NCBI GenBank assembly: GCA_031549195.1
Contig: JAVBQF010000010.1
Coordinates: 1,443-65,442 of the forward strand
Direction: 5' to 3'
DNA length: 64,000 nucleotides
Source of the DNA: Bacilli bacterium
GTDB taxonomy: Bacteria > Bacillota_I > Bacilli_A > RF39 > UBA660
A program made the translations under genes and the position numbers. Below the pieces are notes generated by a model, which worked only from the letters and a program-made list of their open reading frames with translations, was not told the origin of the DNA and ran no database searches. Below are positions 45,914 to 57,268 of the stretch, one piece after another (position 1 is the stretch's first letter; every line of letters starts with the position of its first letter).

Positions 45914-46147
45914 ATGTATAGAGTATTAACATTCTTTATAGGCTTTATTTTATCAATTATAGGTCTAAGTTATATAATTATATATCTTAACTTACTAACA
46001 ATGGGTTATTCCTTTAGTGAATACATACATGCTATATTTACAAGATATGAGTGTATATTCTTTTTTATTGGCTACCTATTAATGATTCTATCTATATTTA
46101 AGAAAAAGGAGGCACGACATGCTTTACGTTTACGACATACTGCTTAA
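45914..46147 (+). CDS. Small two-TM hypothetical protein
   Basis: AGGTGG RBS; YLNLLTMGYSF motif. Confidence 0.7.
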   Translation: MYRVLTFFIGFILSIIGLSYIIIYLNLLTMGYSFSEYIHAIFTRYECIFFFIGYLLMILSIFKKKEARHALRLRHTA

Positions 46148-46778
46148 TTTGACAGATAGTTCAAGAATATATGAATTCTTTGAATGGGAATTATCAGATA
46201 ACATTGAACATATAAAAAAAATACCTATATTCAAAATTGGTTCTAAGATACTTGATGAAATAATAAAGAGTAATATTAAAATAGAAAGAGAATTCTTAAA
46301 TAAAGTATATAACTTAACAGAGATCTATAATAATAAGAAAATTGAAAAGATAAAATATGCCTGTGTATTTGCAGACTCCTTTAAAGCAATAGTAATAGAA
46401 TTTAATGAACAAGGAGAATCAATATTGAAAAGTAGAATGTTATTAGATGAAGAAGAAGACTCTATTAATATTGCAACAAGATTGCAAGATACAAGTATAA
46501 AATATAAAATTATTAAAAGAAATAGTTATAATCCTTATTTAACAAGAGAAGAAGAAAAAATAAAATACTTTCTAGAAAATGAAATAACTATGTCTTATAA
46601 ATTAAAAGATTTTAACAAATTAAAATATATTTATGTAGAATACTTCAATGAAATAAAAGATAATATTAAGGAAATGTATATTGACTTAATTGAGTCTTTA
46701 GAGAAGGGAATCACTGATGAACATATTAATTTATTTAGTTTAATAAATCTTTCATATTCCAAAAAGTCAAAGATATAA
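46119..46778 (+). CDS. DUF3603 (YjbA-like) protein
   Basis: MLYVYDILLN, FFEW..SDNIEHIKKIP, KSRMLLDEE, LTREE. Confidence 0.8.
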   Translation: MLYVYDILLNLTDSSRIYEFFEWELSDNIEHIKKIPIFKIGSKILDEIIKSNIKIEREFLNKVYNLTEIYNNKKIEKIKYACVFADSFKAIVIEFNEQGESILKSRMLLDEEEDSINIATRLQDTSIKYKIIKRNSYNPYLTREEEKIKYFLENEITMSYKLKDFNKLKYIYVEYFNEIKDNIKEMYIDLIESLEKGITDEHINLFSLINLSYSKKSKI

Positions 46779-46885
46779 AGGGACAATAATAGTTTCTTTT
46801 TTATTTTGTAAATATTAAAATTTGCAAAATATTACAAAATATGTTATTATATATGGCATTATTCAAAAAGAAAGGAATATATTTT

Positions 46886-47938
46886 ATGAGCCCGCTCACG
46901 AAATTTAGAGTTTTTTTATTAGTAGTTATGCTTATTTGCTTAATAGGTATATCATATGATTTTAATTTAAGTAAAAGAGAAAATAGTATAAGTAATGCAA
47001 TAAAAGTTAGTTATTTTGATAATATAAGAAGTAATGGATTAGTACATGAGGAAACATTTAAATATAATGAAGCAAGTAATGCTGTTGGTATTGCCATGCT
47101 TACAAGAGAAGAAGAGGATATAGTAAATGCTAAGGAATTAGTAGCAAGTATATCAAACAAAGAGACAAAAGAAGAATTAATTGAAACAATTAGTAAAATA
47201 GAAGAGACTTATGAAGAAGATAATTTAATAAGAGAGATAGTAACACTTACTTCTTCTGTTGATAATCTAGAAATGGTATCTAAAATAGAAGCATTAATAG
47301 AAAAAATATCTGTAATAGATATTAAGAATGATCTTGCAAATGATTTAAATAATAGGAGACAAGATTTACTTGTTAATGACATAAATAATAGATTAAATAA
47401 AGTAAAAAATAATAAAAAGCAAAATGAATTAGATGAAGTTAAAAAGATTATTTCACAGATAGTAAATAAAAATATTAAAAGTAATTTTGAAAAAGAAGTT
47501 AGTAATATACAATCAAGTATTAATAAATCTAAAGTAATAAATGTAGTTGGAAGCTATAGTCCTACAAGAGCTTCTAGTGCAGTTGTTGAGACTGTTAAAG
47601 GTGATATTTCAGCATATGGTCCCGACTGTGATGGTTGTGTTGGTTATACTGCAGCTGGTAGAAACGTTATGAATGGTAATATTTACTATTATGATAAAAC
47701 CTATGGTAATATTAGAATAGTAGCAGCAGGGCCAGAGTATCCATTTGGAACAATTGTAAAAATGAAAAACGTTAGTTACTATGGTGGGGACATATATGCA
47801 ATTGTGCTTGATCGTGGTGGAGTAATAGGTAAAGGGAGATATAGATTATTTGACTTATTGTTTACTTCAGAAGAAAGTGCTAGTAATTTTGGTGTATCAC
47901 GTAACACCGAATGTGAAATATTGAGAACAGGTTATTAA
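46886..47938 (+). CDS. Membrane-anchored coiled-coil protein with C-terminal 3D (MltA-like) domain
   Basis: SAYGPDCDGC.GYTAAG, IVAAG..YPFGT, VLDRGG, FDLLF. Confidence 0.82.
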   Translation: MSPLTKFRVFLLVVMLICLIGISYDFNLSKRENSISNAIKVSYFDNIRSNGLVHEETFKYNEASNAVGIAMLTREEEDIVNAKELVASISNKETKEELIETISKIEETYEEDNLIREIVTLTSSVDNLEMVSKIEALIEKISVIDIKNDLANDLNNRRQDLLVNDINNRLNKVKNNKKQNELDEVKKIISQIVNKNIKSNFEKEVSNIQSSINKSKVINVVGSYSPTRASSAVVETVKGDISAYGPDCDGCVGYTAAGRNVMNGNIYYYDKTYGNIRIVAAGPEYPFGTIVKMKNVSYYGGDIYAIVLDRGGVIGKGRYRLFDLLFTSEESASNFGVSRNTECEILRTGY

Positions 47939-48022
47939 AGATTCATAGAAATATGAATCTTTTTGTTGAACAAAATTATATTATAGTATAGAATATACCT
48001 TAATCAATGGGGAGGTTTTGAA

Positions 48023-49117
48023 ATGACACTTAAAGATATGGATCAAAATAAGGTTGTAGGGACAACATGGGACGGGAAAAGGTTAACAATAAAAGAGATA
48101 AGAGAAAATCCCTCTTTAATATATGATGTTCCACCAACAGAAACTAATAGAAAATATGCAATACTAGCAGAAAAAGAAAGCTTTGAAAGATATAATCAAT
48201 GGGGTTGGGTTTGGCAATTAAGACTGGCAAAGATAAAAAATATAAATTCTTTAAGTTTTGATAGAAAAGAAGAAGTACTAAAAAATAATCCCGAAGCAAT
48301 AATATTTTTACATGTACCAACAGATAAACAAAGTGAATATGAGTATGAAAAACTATGTGAAGTTGCAGCAGCTTATGATAAAAATGGAAGAGTTGCAAGA
48401 TTAATAAATGGGTTACCAGAATGCTTAAAAAAGTTATCAGTTGAATCAAGTAATGGTAAAGCTATTGAAAATATTATTAATCCAAGTGAAATGTTACAAA
48501 GCACTGCAGTAAGTAGAAATTCGAAGATGATTGGCAGAATCATTCACCCTTGTTTAGGGGCGCAATTAATTGCTGTTGCATTTGAACCACGTAATTTAGC
48601 ACTTATTGATGAACCTTCATTGTATGCAATAGATGAGGCTGAAAGACAAATAGACATGATATCAAACAACTGTAATAGTTATTATCAAGGACAAAAATTT
48701 GCAGAAAAATATCACAGTATTTTAGTAAATGCCAGATTAAGACATCAAGTATTTGTAGAGCGCATTATGAGGGAATCAATCAAATGTGATCAAAATGGAA
48801 GCTTAACATTAGAATCAGCAGAACTAATTAAAAATTTAGGTCCATCTCTTTTTGCTTTATATGGGGAAGAGACAACTAAAGAAATGTTGGATGGTGTAGA
48901 TAACTTAATATCACCATTTAAGGTATTAGAAGATATAGCATTAAGACAAGAAAACGCAAGACTAATACCATATACAGATATGATTACAACGGATCCGTCA
49001 AGAGAAGGAATACCTACTGCAAAAATAAAACACATTGGTAAAGTTGGAAGACGCATTGGTGGTATTAAAGGTAATGCTCGTCAAGGCGGCGATAACTATG
49101 GTAAAAGGGCACATTAA
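48023..49117 (+). CDS. Hypothetical protein with degenerate ~22-aa helical repeats
   Basis: GGGAGG RBS; NG.AI..I.NPSE..Q..AV-type repeats. Confidence 0.7.
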   Translation: MTLKDMDQNKVVGTTWDGKRLTIKEIRENPSLIYDVPPTETNRKYAILAEKESFERYNQWGWVWQLRLAKIKNINSLSFDRKEEVLKNNPEAIIFLHVPTDKQSEYEYEKLCEVAAAYDKNGRVARLINGLPECLKKLSVESSNGKAIENIINPSEMLQSTAVSRNSKMIGRIIHPCLGAQLIAVAFEPRNLALIDEPSLYAIDEAERQIDMISNNCNSYYQGQKFAEKYHSILVNARLRHQVFVERIMRESIKCDQNGSLTLESAELIKNLGPSLFALYGEETTKEMLDGVDNLISPFKVLEDIALRQENARLIPYTDMITTDPSREGIPTAKIKHIGKVGRRIGGIKGNARQGGDNYGKRAH

Positions 49118-49207
49118 TGCTCTTTTTAATTGTGTGAAACTATGTAATTCCGTTGACTTTAAATAGCAATTTTGATATATTTATTCAAGAAATGTTTGGT
49201 GGTAAAT

Positions 49208-52200
49208 TTGGAAAAAGTAATAAATATTGGGGTCGATTTAGGCTCTACTACTGTTAAAGTTTTAGCAGCAGATGGAGAATTAAATATATTATATAAAGAT
49301 TATAGAAGACACTTTTCAGATACACTTAATACAACCATTGCAGTTTTATCCGAAGTAGTTAACAAATTTGATAATTATAAGTTTAGAATTACATTAACAG
49401 GTTCTGGAGCAATAAGTATGTCAGAATTTATTAATGTTTCTTTTATTCAGGAAGTAATTGCGTGTAAAAAGGCAGTAGAAGAGTATCCAAGAGGAGTGGA
49501 TGTAGCAGTTGAGCTTGGTGGAGAAGATGCTAAAATAATATATTTCTCTAATTCAGTTGAGCAAAGAATGAATGGTAGCTGTGCAGGTGGGACGGGAGCA
49601 TTCCTAGATCAGATGGCAGTTCTTTTGAACACGAATACTGAAGGTATCAACGAACTTGCAAAAAATGGTACTACAATATATCCTATCGCATCTCGTTGTG
49701 GTGTATTTGCCAAAACAGATATCCAACCTCTTTTAAATGAAGGGGCAAAAAAAGAAGATATTGCACTTTCTATTATGCAAGCAGTAGTTAATCAAACAAT
49801 ATCAGGACTTGCATGTGGAAAACCCATCAGAGGAAATGTAATGTTTTTAGGTGGGCCACTTAATTATTTAGATATGCTAAGAGATAGATTTATTAAAACT
49901 CTTAATTTGAAAGATGAAGAAATAATAATACCAGAAGATGCTCATCTTTTTGTGGCAAGAGGTGCACTTCTTTGTAATCTAGAAAGCGTTCCATTTACAA
50001 AAGATGAAATGTTAGAAAAGATTAAAAGTTTATCAACATTTAAAGAAGAGAAATCAGTATCATTAGAGGCATTATTTAAAAGTAATAATGAATATAATAA
50101 ATTTAAAGTGAAACACAAAAAAGAGTCTATTAGTACAAAAGATATTTCTAAATATAACGGAGATATGTTTTTGGGTATAGATGCTGGTAGCACAACAGCA
50201 AAATTAGTAGTAATAGATGATCAAGGCAATTTATTACATAGTGACTATCGCTCTAATATGGGAACGCCTGTTGACACAATTAGAATAATGCTTTTAGAAC
50301 TTCATAAAAAGTTGCCTAAAAATGCTAAAATAAGAGTGTCAGGAAGTACCGGATATGGTGAAGTACTTATAAAAACTGCTTTTAGTCTTGATATATCTGA
50401 AATTGAAACAATGGCTCACTATACAGCGAGCAACCATTTTTTAAATGGAGTGGACTCCATCATAGACATTGGTGGTCAAGATATGAAATATATCAAAATA
50501 AAAGATGGTGTAATAGATACAATTATGCTCAATGAAGCTTGTTCTTCAGGTTGTGGATCATTTATAGAGACACTTGCTAAATCACTTAATATAACGGTGT
50601 CAGAATTTGTTGAATTAGCTGTTAAAAGCAAAGATCCAGTCGATTTAGGATCAAGATGTACTGTATTTATGAACTCAAAAATTAAACAAACACAAAAAGA
50701 AGGAAGGCCACTTGGGGATATTTTTGCTGGGCTTTCTTATTCAGTTGTTAAAAATGCTCTACTTAAAGTAATGAAGATAAGAGATATTAACACACTTGGG
50801 GATAAAATAGTTGTACAAGGTGGAACATTCTTAAATGATGCCGTATTAAGATCATTTGAGATTATAACTAAAAAAGAAATAGTAAGACCTAATATTGCAG
50901 GACTTATGGGTGCATATGGTATTGCGTTAATTGCAATGAAAGAATATAAAGAGTATGAAGATAAAGATATAATAAGCAGTATTTTATCAAAAGAAGAAAT
51001 TAATAATATGATGATAAAAACAACGCATACTAGATGTGGATTGTGTCCTAATAAGTGTGGGTTAACTGTTAATATGTTTAATGATAAAAAGTTTATTTCG
51101 GGAAATCGTTGTGAGAGAGGAAGCGGAAATAATGGTTCATATAATTTGATACCAAACATGTATCAATATAAATATGATAGACTATTTTGTTATGAATCAT
51201 TAGAAGAAGAGAAGGCAGAAAGAGGAACAATAGGTATTCCAAGAGTTTTAAATATGTATGAAAATTATCCCTTTTGGCATACTTTCTTTACTGAACTTGG
51301 ATTTAAAGTGGTTTTATCTGATCATTCAAACAGGACAATTTACGAGAAAGGAATTGAAAGTATTCCTTCAGAATCTTTATGTTATCCTGCAAAAATAGTT
51401 CATGGTCATATTGTCAACTTAATAGAAAAAGGAGTAAAAGCCATATTCTATCCTTGTATAATGTATGAAAATAAAGAGTTTGAACATGGTGACAATAGTT
51501 ACAATTGCCCTATTGTTACTTCCTATTCAGAAGCAATTAAGTTGAATGTTGAAGAGTTAGTAGAAAATGATATTAAATATATGAACCCATTCTTACCACT
51601 TAAGAGTGACAATTTATTTAAAAGAATACAAGAACTACCAGAATTTAAAGAATATAACTTTAATAATAAAGAACTAAAAGAAGCTATTGCAAGAGCTGTA
51701 TTTGAACAAAAAAGGTTTAAAGAAGATATTATTAACAAAGGAAAAGAAGTAATTAAGTATGTTAATGACAACGATATTAAAGGTATTGTTCTTGCAGGTA
51801 GACCATATCATCTGGATAAAGAAATTAATCATGGTCTTGATACGATGATCAATAGTCTCGGATTAGCTGTACTTACAGAAGATAGTATCTGTTATGATAG
51901 TTCTATTAATTCTAGTTTAAGAGTAGTAGATCAATGGGCATATCATTCTAGAGTTTATCATGCTGCTGATGCCGTATCAAAATATGAAAATCTAGAACTT
52001 GTAAGTCTTAACTCGTTTGGCTGTGGTCTAGATGCAATAATAACTGATCAAACAGAAGAAATATTAAAATCAAGTGGTAGGCTTTATACAACTATAAAAA
52101 TAGATGAAATTAACAATCTAGGTGCTGTAAAAATAAGAATTAGATCATTAATCGCATCTATGAATAAAAGAGCTAAAAATAAAGAATATAAAACTTATTC

Positions 52201-53461
52201 ATATGATAAAAAAATATTTACAAAAGAGATGAAAAAGACACATACAATATTAGTGCCTGATATGTCACCATTTCATATGGGACTCCTATTGGATGCCATT
52301 GGTAGCAGTGGATATAATGTTGTATATTTAAAGGATACAGATGAATCTATGGTTGAAAAAGGATTGAAGTATGTTAACAATGATGCTTGTTATCCGTCTA
52401 TCATTGTGACTGGTCAATTAATCGCAGCATTACAATCAGGTAAATATGATTTATCAACAACAGCAGTAGCTATTTCCCAAACTGGTGGTGGATGCCGTGC
52501 GACTAACTACATTGGACTTATAAGAAAAGCACTTAAAGACGCTGGTTATGAAAATATACCAATATTATCATTTAACTTTAATGGACTTGAAAAATCACAA
52601 GGATTCAAAATAACATTACCAATGATAAAAAGACTTTTAATGGCTGTTACCTATGGTGATTTATTAATGAAGTTATCTTATCAAACAAGACCATATGAAA
52701 AGACCAAGGGTTATACTACTTATCTATATAATAAATGGTACGCTATATGTAGTAGAGCAATAAAAAAAGGTAGTATGATTGAATTTAAGAGGAATGTTAA
52801 ATTAATTATTAGAGAATTTAATGATATTGAAATAATAGAAAAAACAATACCTAAAGTTGGTATTGTTGGTGAGATATTAATTAAGTACCATCACTTTGGT
52901 AACAATTATTTAGCAGAAACACTAGAAAAAGAAGGGGTAGAAGTTGTTGTTCCTGAGCTCATGGGATTTGTTAAGTATAGTGCTTTTGATGGAATAGAAA
53001 AAGCAAGGCTTATGAAGGAAGGTAAAACAGCTTCATTTGTAAGTAAAATAATGCTAGATATAATAGATTTCTATGAGTCTACTGCCAAAAAGGAAATAAG
53101 TAAAACTAGATTTAGAAGTTTATCTGATATATATCACTTAAGTGAAAATGTTGATGGAATTTTATCGACAGGAAATCAAACTGGTGAAGGATGGTTTTTA
53201 ACAGCAGAGATAGTTGAATTGATAAAAGAAGGAGTCAATAACGTTTTATGTATTCAACCATTCGCATGTCTTCCTAATCATGTCGTTGGAAAAGCAGTTA
53301 TTAAAAAGATTAAGGAACTATATCCAAAATCTAATATATCAGCAATAGACTATGATCCAGGAGCGTCACATACAAATCAATCTAATAGAATAAGACTTAT
53401 GTTGAGTGTTGCTAGAGATAATTTGAAAAAAGAAATTTCCAAAGAAACTATAGTATCATAG
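49208..53461 (+). CDS. 2-hydroxyacyl-CoA dehydratase activator fusion (two ASKHA activase domains plus DUF2229 domains)
   Basis: GVDLGSTT and GIDAGSTT, CAGGTG, CSSGCGS, SFGCG, QPFAC; probable TTG start 49208. Confidence 0.93.
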   Translation: MEKVINIGVDLGSTTVKVLAADGELNILYKDYRRHFSDTLNTTIAVLSEVVNKFDNYKFRITLTGSGAISMSEFINVSFIQEVIACKKAVEEYPRGVDVAVELGGEDAKIIYFSNSVEQRMNGSCAGGTGAFLDQMAVLLNTNTEGINELAKNGTTIYPIASRCGVFAKTDIQPLLNEGAKKEDIALSIMQAVVNQTISGLACGKPIRGNVMFLGGPLNYLDMLRDRFIKTLNLKDEEIIIPEDAHLFVARGALLCNLESVPFTKDEMLEKIKSLSTFKEEKSVSLEALFKSNNEYNKFKVKHKKESISTKDISKYNGDMFLGIDAGSTTAKLVVIDDQGNLLHSDYRSNMGTPVDTIRIMLLELHKKLPKNAKIRVSGSTGYGEVLIKTAFSLDISEIETMAHYTASNHFLNGVDSIIDIGGQDMKYIKIKDGVIDTIMLNEACSSGCGSFIETLAKSLNITVSEFVELAVKSKDPVDLGSRCTVFMNSKIKQTQKEGRPLGDIFAGLSYSVVKNALLKVMKIRDINTLGDKIVVQGGTFLNDAVLRSFEIITKKEIVRPNIAGLMGAYGIALIAMKEYKEYEDKDIISSILSKEEINNMMIKTTHTRCGLCPNKCGLTVNMFNDKKFISGNRCERGSGNNGSYNLIPNMYQYKYDRLFCYESLEEEKAERGTIGIPRVLNMYENYPFWHTFFTELGFKVVLSDHSNRTIYEKGIESIPSESLCYPAKIVHGHIVNLIEKGVKAIFYPCIMYENKEFEHGDNSYNCPIVTSYSEAIKLNVEELVENDIKYMNPFLPLKSDNLFKRIQELPEFKEYNFNNKELKEAIARAVFEQKRFKEDIINKGKEVIKYVNDNDIKGIVLAGRPYHLDKEINHGLDTMINSLGLAVLTEDSICYDSSINSSLRVVDQWAYHSRVYHAADAVSKYENLELVSLNSFGCGLDAIITDQTEEILKSSGRLYTTIKIDEINNLGAVKIRIRSLIASMNKRAKNKEYKTYSYDKKIFTKEMKKTHTILVPDMSPFHMGLLLDAIGSSGYNVVYLKDTDESMVEKGLKYVNNDACYPSIIVTGQLIAALQSGKYDLSTTAVAISQTGGGCRATNYIGLIRKALKDAGYENIPILSFNFNGLEKSQGFKITLPMIKRLLMAVTYGDLLMKLSYQTRPYEKTKGYTTYLYNKWYAICSRAIKKGSMIEFKRNVKLIIREFNDIEIIEKTIPKVGIVGEILIKYHHFGNNYLAETLEKEGVEVVVPELMGFVKYSAFDGIEKARLMKEGKTASFVSKIMLDIIDFYESTAKKEISKTRFRSLSDIYHLSENVDGILSTGNQTGEGWFLTAEIVELIKEGVNNVLCIQPFACLPNHVVGKAVIKKIKELYPKSNISAIDYDPGASHTNQSNRIRLMLSVARDNLKKEISKETIVS

Positions 53462-53620
53462 TAAATAATAATTTGTTAAAAGAAATCATTGAATCTTTAT
53501 ATATATGATTTCTTTTGTTTTTAATAAATTTTAATACTTTGTAATAACCATATTAAAGTAATATCAATTTACTCACACTAAATTTTAGAGTATAATTAAT
53601 ATATACATAGGAGAATAAAT

Positions 53621-55768
53621 ATGAATGAAACAATAATAAAAGAGATTGCAAACAACTTAAATATTAAGACAAAACAAGTAGAGGTTGTATTGACACTTTT
53701 ATCAGAAGGAAATACGATTCCTTTTATTAGTCGATATAGAAAAGAGTTAACAGGAGCACTTGATGAAGAAGTAATTAGATCAATTAATGAAGTATATGAA
53801 TATCAAGCAAATCTACTAAAAAGAAAAGAAGACGTTATTAGACTAATTGATGAAAAAGGAATGCTTACAGAAGAGTTAAAAGCAGATATTTTAAAGTGCC
53901 AAAAATTAGTTGAAGTAGAAGACCTATATAGACCATATAAAGAAAAGAAAAAAACAAAGGCTACTGAGGCCATTGCTAACGGATTAGAACCACTTGCAAA
54001 ATTAATACTAGAAGATAATAGTGCTGATATATTAGAAGAAGCTGTTAAATATATCAATGATAATGTTACAACAGTTGAAGAAGCATTACAAGGTGCTAAA
54101 TACATTATTGCTGAAATAGTAAGTGATAATGCTTTATTTAGAAAAGAAATCAGAAGAAGAATATATTATTATGGTACCATCAGTTCTAAATTAAAGAAGA
54201 ATGCTAAAGATGAAAATAAAATATATGAGATGTATTATGAATATTGTGAAGCAGTTAAAGCAATTAAACCTCATAGGATATTAGCACTTAATCGTGGCGA
54301 AAATGAAAATGTCTTATCAGTATCACTTAATTATGAAGAAGAAGATATATTACTATATTTAGAAAAAGAAGTTATTAAGGTGTCTAATAAAGTATCAATA
54401 GAACTGATTAAAGAAGCTATTAAAGATAGTTACAAAAGATTAATATTTCCAAGTGTAGAAAGAGAAATCAGATCTGACTTAACAGAAGTAGGTGAAGTAG
54501 CGGCAATAGATAATTTTGCAAAAAATATAGAAAATCTTTTAATGACTCCACCAATGAAAGAAAAGATAGTATTAGGGTATGATCCAGCATTTAGAACTGG
54601 TTGTAAATTAGCTGTTTTGGATAAGACTGGTAAACCACTTGAAATAGAAGTTATTTATCCAACAGAGCCTCATAATAAGATCGAAGAAAGTAAAAAGACT
54701 ATCCTTGCTTTAATTGATAAATATAATATTGATATTATTGCTATTGGTAATGGAACTGCATCTCGTGAGAGTGAAGCTTTTATTGTTGATGTTATTAAAG
54801 ATGCCAAAAGAAAGGTAGAATATATCATAGTAAATGAAGCAGGAGCGTCAGTCTATTCAGCATCTAAACTCGCAATAGAAGAGTTTCCAGATTTAACTGT
54901 TGAAAAAAGAAGTGCTATCAGTATTGGTAGAAGATTACAAGATGCCCTAGCAGAACTTGTTAAAATAGATCCCAAGAGTATTGGAGTTGGTCTTTATCAA
55001 CACGATGTAACACCTAAAAAGCTAGATGATTCTCTAGACTTTGTAGTCAGTAAAGTTGTTAACCAAGTAGGTGTTAATATTAATACAGCATCTTCATCTC
55101 TACTTTCTTATGTATCAGGAATGAATAAAAAATCGATAGATGCTATTCTTAGTACAAGGGATGAATTTGGGAAGATTACTTCAAGAGCAGAAATAAAAAA
55201 GATAAAGGGAATCACTCCAAAAGTATTTGAACAATCGGTGGGATTTCTTCGAGTACTTGAAGGAAGTAATCCGTTAGATAAAACGGGAATTCATCCAGAA
55301 AGCTATAAAGAGGCAGAAACTCTTCTTAAAACGTTAAACCTAAAACCAACGGATATTGGTAGTAATGAATTACAAGAAAAATTAGAAGAGTTCGATATAG
55401 CAAAATATGTAGAAGAGTTAAAAATAGATAAGTACACCTTAGAAGATATAGTAAAAGATTTATCTAAACCGTTACGTGATCCAAGAGATAACATGCCAAA
55501 ACCATTATTAAAAAGTGACATTTTAAAAATAGAAGATTTAAAACAGGGGATGAAACTACAAGGTACAGTTAGAAATGTTGTAGATTTTGGAGTATTTATT
55601 GACATTGGTCTTCATAATGATGGACTAGCACATATATCTAAATTAACAAATAAATATATTAAGCATCCTAGTGATGTTGTAAGCGTTGGTGACATAGTTG
55701 ATTGTTATGTAATTGATATATCAGTAGAAAAAGAAAAAGTATCGCTTAGTTTAGTGGAAGGTAAATAG
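53621..55768 (+). CDS. tex: Tex family RNA-binding transcriptional accessory protein
   Basis: GNTIPFISRYRKE, DPAFRTGCK, GNGTASRE, C-terminal S1 domain. Confidence 0.96.
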   Translation: MNETIIKEIANNLNIKTKQVEVVLTLLSEGNTIPFISRYRKELTGALDEEVIRSINEVYEYQANLLKRKEDVIRLIDEKGMLTEELKADILKCQKLVEVEDLYRPYKEKKKTKATEAIANGLEPLAKLILEDNSADILEEAVKYINDNVTTVEEALQGAKYIIAEIVSDNALFRKEIRRRIYYYGTISSKLKKNAKDENKIYEMYYEYCEAVKAIKPHRILALNRGENENVLSVSLNYEEEDILLYLEKEVIKVSNKVSIELIKEAIKDSYKRLIFPSVEREIRSDLTEVGEVAAIDNFAKNIENLLMTPPMKEKIVLGYDPAFRTGCKLAVLDKTGKPLEIEVIYPTEPHNKIEESKKTILALIDKYNIDIIAIGNGTASRESEAFIVDVIKDAKRKVEYIIVNEAGASVYSASKLAIEEFPDLTVEKRSAISIGRRLQDALAELVKIDPKSIGVGLYQHDVTPKKLDDSLDFVVSKVVNQVGVNINTASSSLLSYVSGMNKKSIDAILSTRDEFGKITSRAEIKKIKGITPKVFEQSVGFLRVLEGSNPLDKTGIHPESYKEAETLLKTLNLKPTDIGSNELQEKLEEFDIAKYVEELKIDKYTLEDIVKDLSKPLRDPRDNMPKPLLKSDILKIEDLKQGMKLQGTVRNVVDFGVFIDIGLHNDGLAHISKLTNKYIKHPSDVVSVGDIVDCYVIDISVEKEKVSLSLVEGK

Positions 55769-55770
55769 TA

Positions 55771-56334
55771 ATGTCTAGTTATTTATTATCTTTTGCACAT
55801 GATAAGAAAGATTTAGAAATATGCATAACTGAGGATAATGTTTTAAATATAACTGGGATAGTGGGATCTGGTAAATCCACATTAGCAAATCAATATAAAA
55901 ATAATTATAAATATATTGTAATTACAATTGATAATTTTTTCTTTGCAGACATTAATGAATTGGATAACGAGACAAAAAAAATAAGAATAATGCTTGAAAA
56001 GAAATACCAGAAGTTGAGGCCTCTTGAATTTGAATATTATTACTTAGATATAGTAAAGTATGCTAAAGAAAATATAAAAGATAAAATACTAGTGCTGGAT
56101 GGTGCCCAAATATATTACTGTGTAGATTACTCAAAGATAGTAGGAAATATTATCATAAAAAGAACTTCAATTATGAAAAGTTTTATAAGAGCATTAAATA
56201 GGGACTTAAAAGATATAAAAGAAAAGAATAAAAGTAAAAAAGAAAAATATAAGATAATAAAAAGAAGGTTAAATCAGATAAGTGATTATAAGAACTTAAA
56301 TAAATTTATCTTGTGTTTAAAAAAAGAGGTGTGA
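55771..56334 (+). CDS. P-loop nucleotide kinase-like hypothetical protein
   Basis: ITGIVGSGKST; LVLDG. Confidence 0.75.
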   Translation: MSSYLLSFAHDKKDLEICITEDNVLNITGIVGSGKSTLANQYKNNYKYIVITIDNFFFADINELDNETKKIRIMLEKKYQKLRPLEFEYYYLDIVKYAKENIKDKILVLDGAQIYYCVDYSKIVGNIIIKRTSIMKSFIRALNRDLKDIKEKNKSKKEKYKIIKRRLNQISDYKNLNKFILCLKKEV

Positions 56335-56335
56335 T

Positions 56336-56671
56336 GTGAAAAAGAGTATAGAAGAATATGTTAAAAAGATTGATAAAGATTTAGAGTCTAAAAGAAGTGA
56401 TGATTATTATCACAGCCTTTTAAGGGAACATTTAGATAAAATAAATTTTTATCAACATGAGCGTCTAATTCACCTGATAGTTACTATTAGCTTTGCCTTT
56501 CTTTTCATAACTGTATTTTTATATCTATTAAGTAACTTTTCTATTCTCTTATTATTCTTATCAATAATGTTATTATTATTGTTAATACCATATCTTTTAC
56601 ACTATTACTTTTTAGAAAATAGTGTACAAAGAATGTATGAACAATATGATTTAATTAGAAATAAGTTTTAG
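56336..56671 (+). CDS. Conserved small membrane protein
   Basis: FYQHERLIHLIVT, HYYFLENSVQRMY. Confidence 0.75.
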   Translation: MKKSIEEYVKKIDKDLESKRSDDYYHSLLREHLDKINFYQHERLIHLIVTISFAFLFITVFLYLLSNFSILLLFLSIMLLLLLIPYLLHYYFLENSVQRMYEQYDLIRNKF

Positions 56672-56682
56672 AAGTGTTATTT

Positions 56683-56710
56683 TGAAACTTTTTTTATTAA
56701 CAAATACTCT
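56683..56710 (+). promoter_or_regulatory. Candidate autoregulatory ECF promoter
   Basis: TGAAAC-16 bp-TACTCT directly upstream of the ECF sigma gene. Confidence 0.5.
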
Positions 56711-56728
56711 TTATAAGTGAGGTGTATC

Positions 56729-57268
56729 ATGAAGGAAAAACAAGAAGATATATTTGATCAAATATATAATGAGACTTATAACTATGTCCTTAGGTTTGTA
56801 ATATCTAAATGCGATAATTTAGATAGTGTAGAGGACATTATGCAAGATATCTATATAAAATTGCACTCTATAATAAAAAAGGATACATCTTATATCACCG
56901 AATACAAATCATTTTTAATAAAGCTAGCAAGAAATGAATTGTTTAAGTATTATTCACTAAAAAATAAATTAAAATTAATAATGCTTGGAAGTATTAATAA
57001 AGATGATAATGAGAGCTCTATTATTAATAATATAAAGGATGAATCATTAAATATTGAAAAAGAAATAATAGAAAAATATGATACAGAAGCAATATGGTCA
57101 GAAATAAAAAAAGAAGATATTACTACTCAGAAAATAATAGCACTTTATTTTCTAGAGGAACAAAAAATAAAGGAAATATCAAATCTATTGAATATGAATG
57201 AATCATCAGTTAAGACAAAATTATATAGAGCAATAAATAGGATAAAAGAAAGTCTAGGTGGTGAGTAG
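56729..57268 (+). CDS. ECF-type RNA polymerase sigma-70 factor
   Basis: Region 2 EDIMQDIYIK..LIKLARN; region 4 IKEISNLLNMNESSVKTKLYRA. Confidence 0.9.
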   Translation: MKEKQEDIFDQIYNETYNYVLRFVISKCDNLDSVEDIMQDIYIKLHSIIKKDTSYITEYKSFLIKLARNELFKYYSLKNKLKLIMLGSINKDDNESSIINNIKDESLNIEKEIIEKYDTEAIWSEIKKEDITTQKIIALYFLEEQKIKEISNLLNMNESSVKTKLYRAINRIKESLGGE

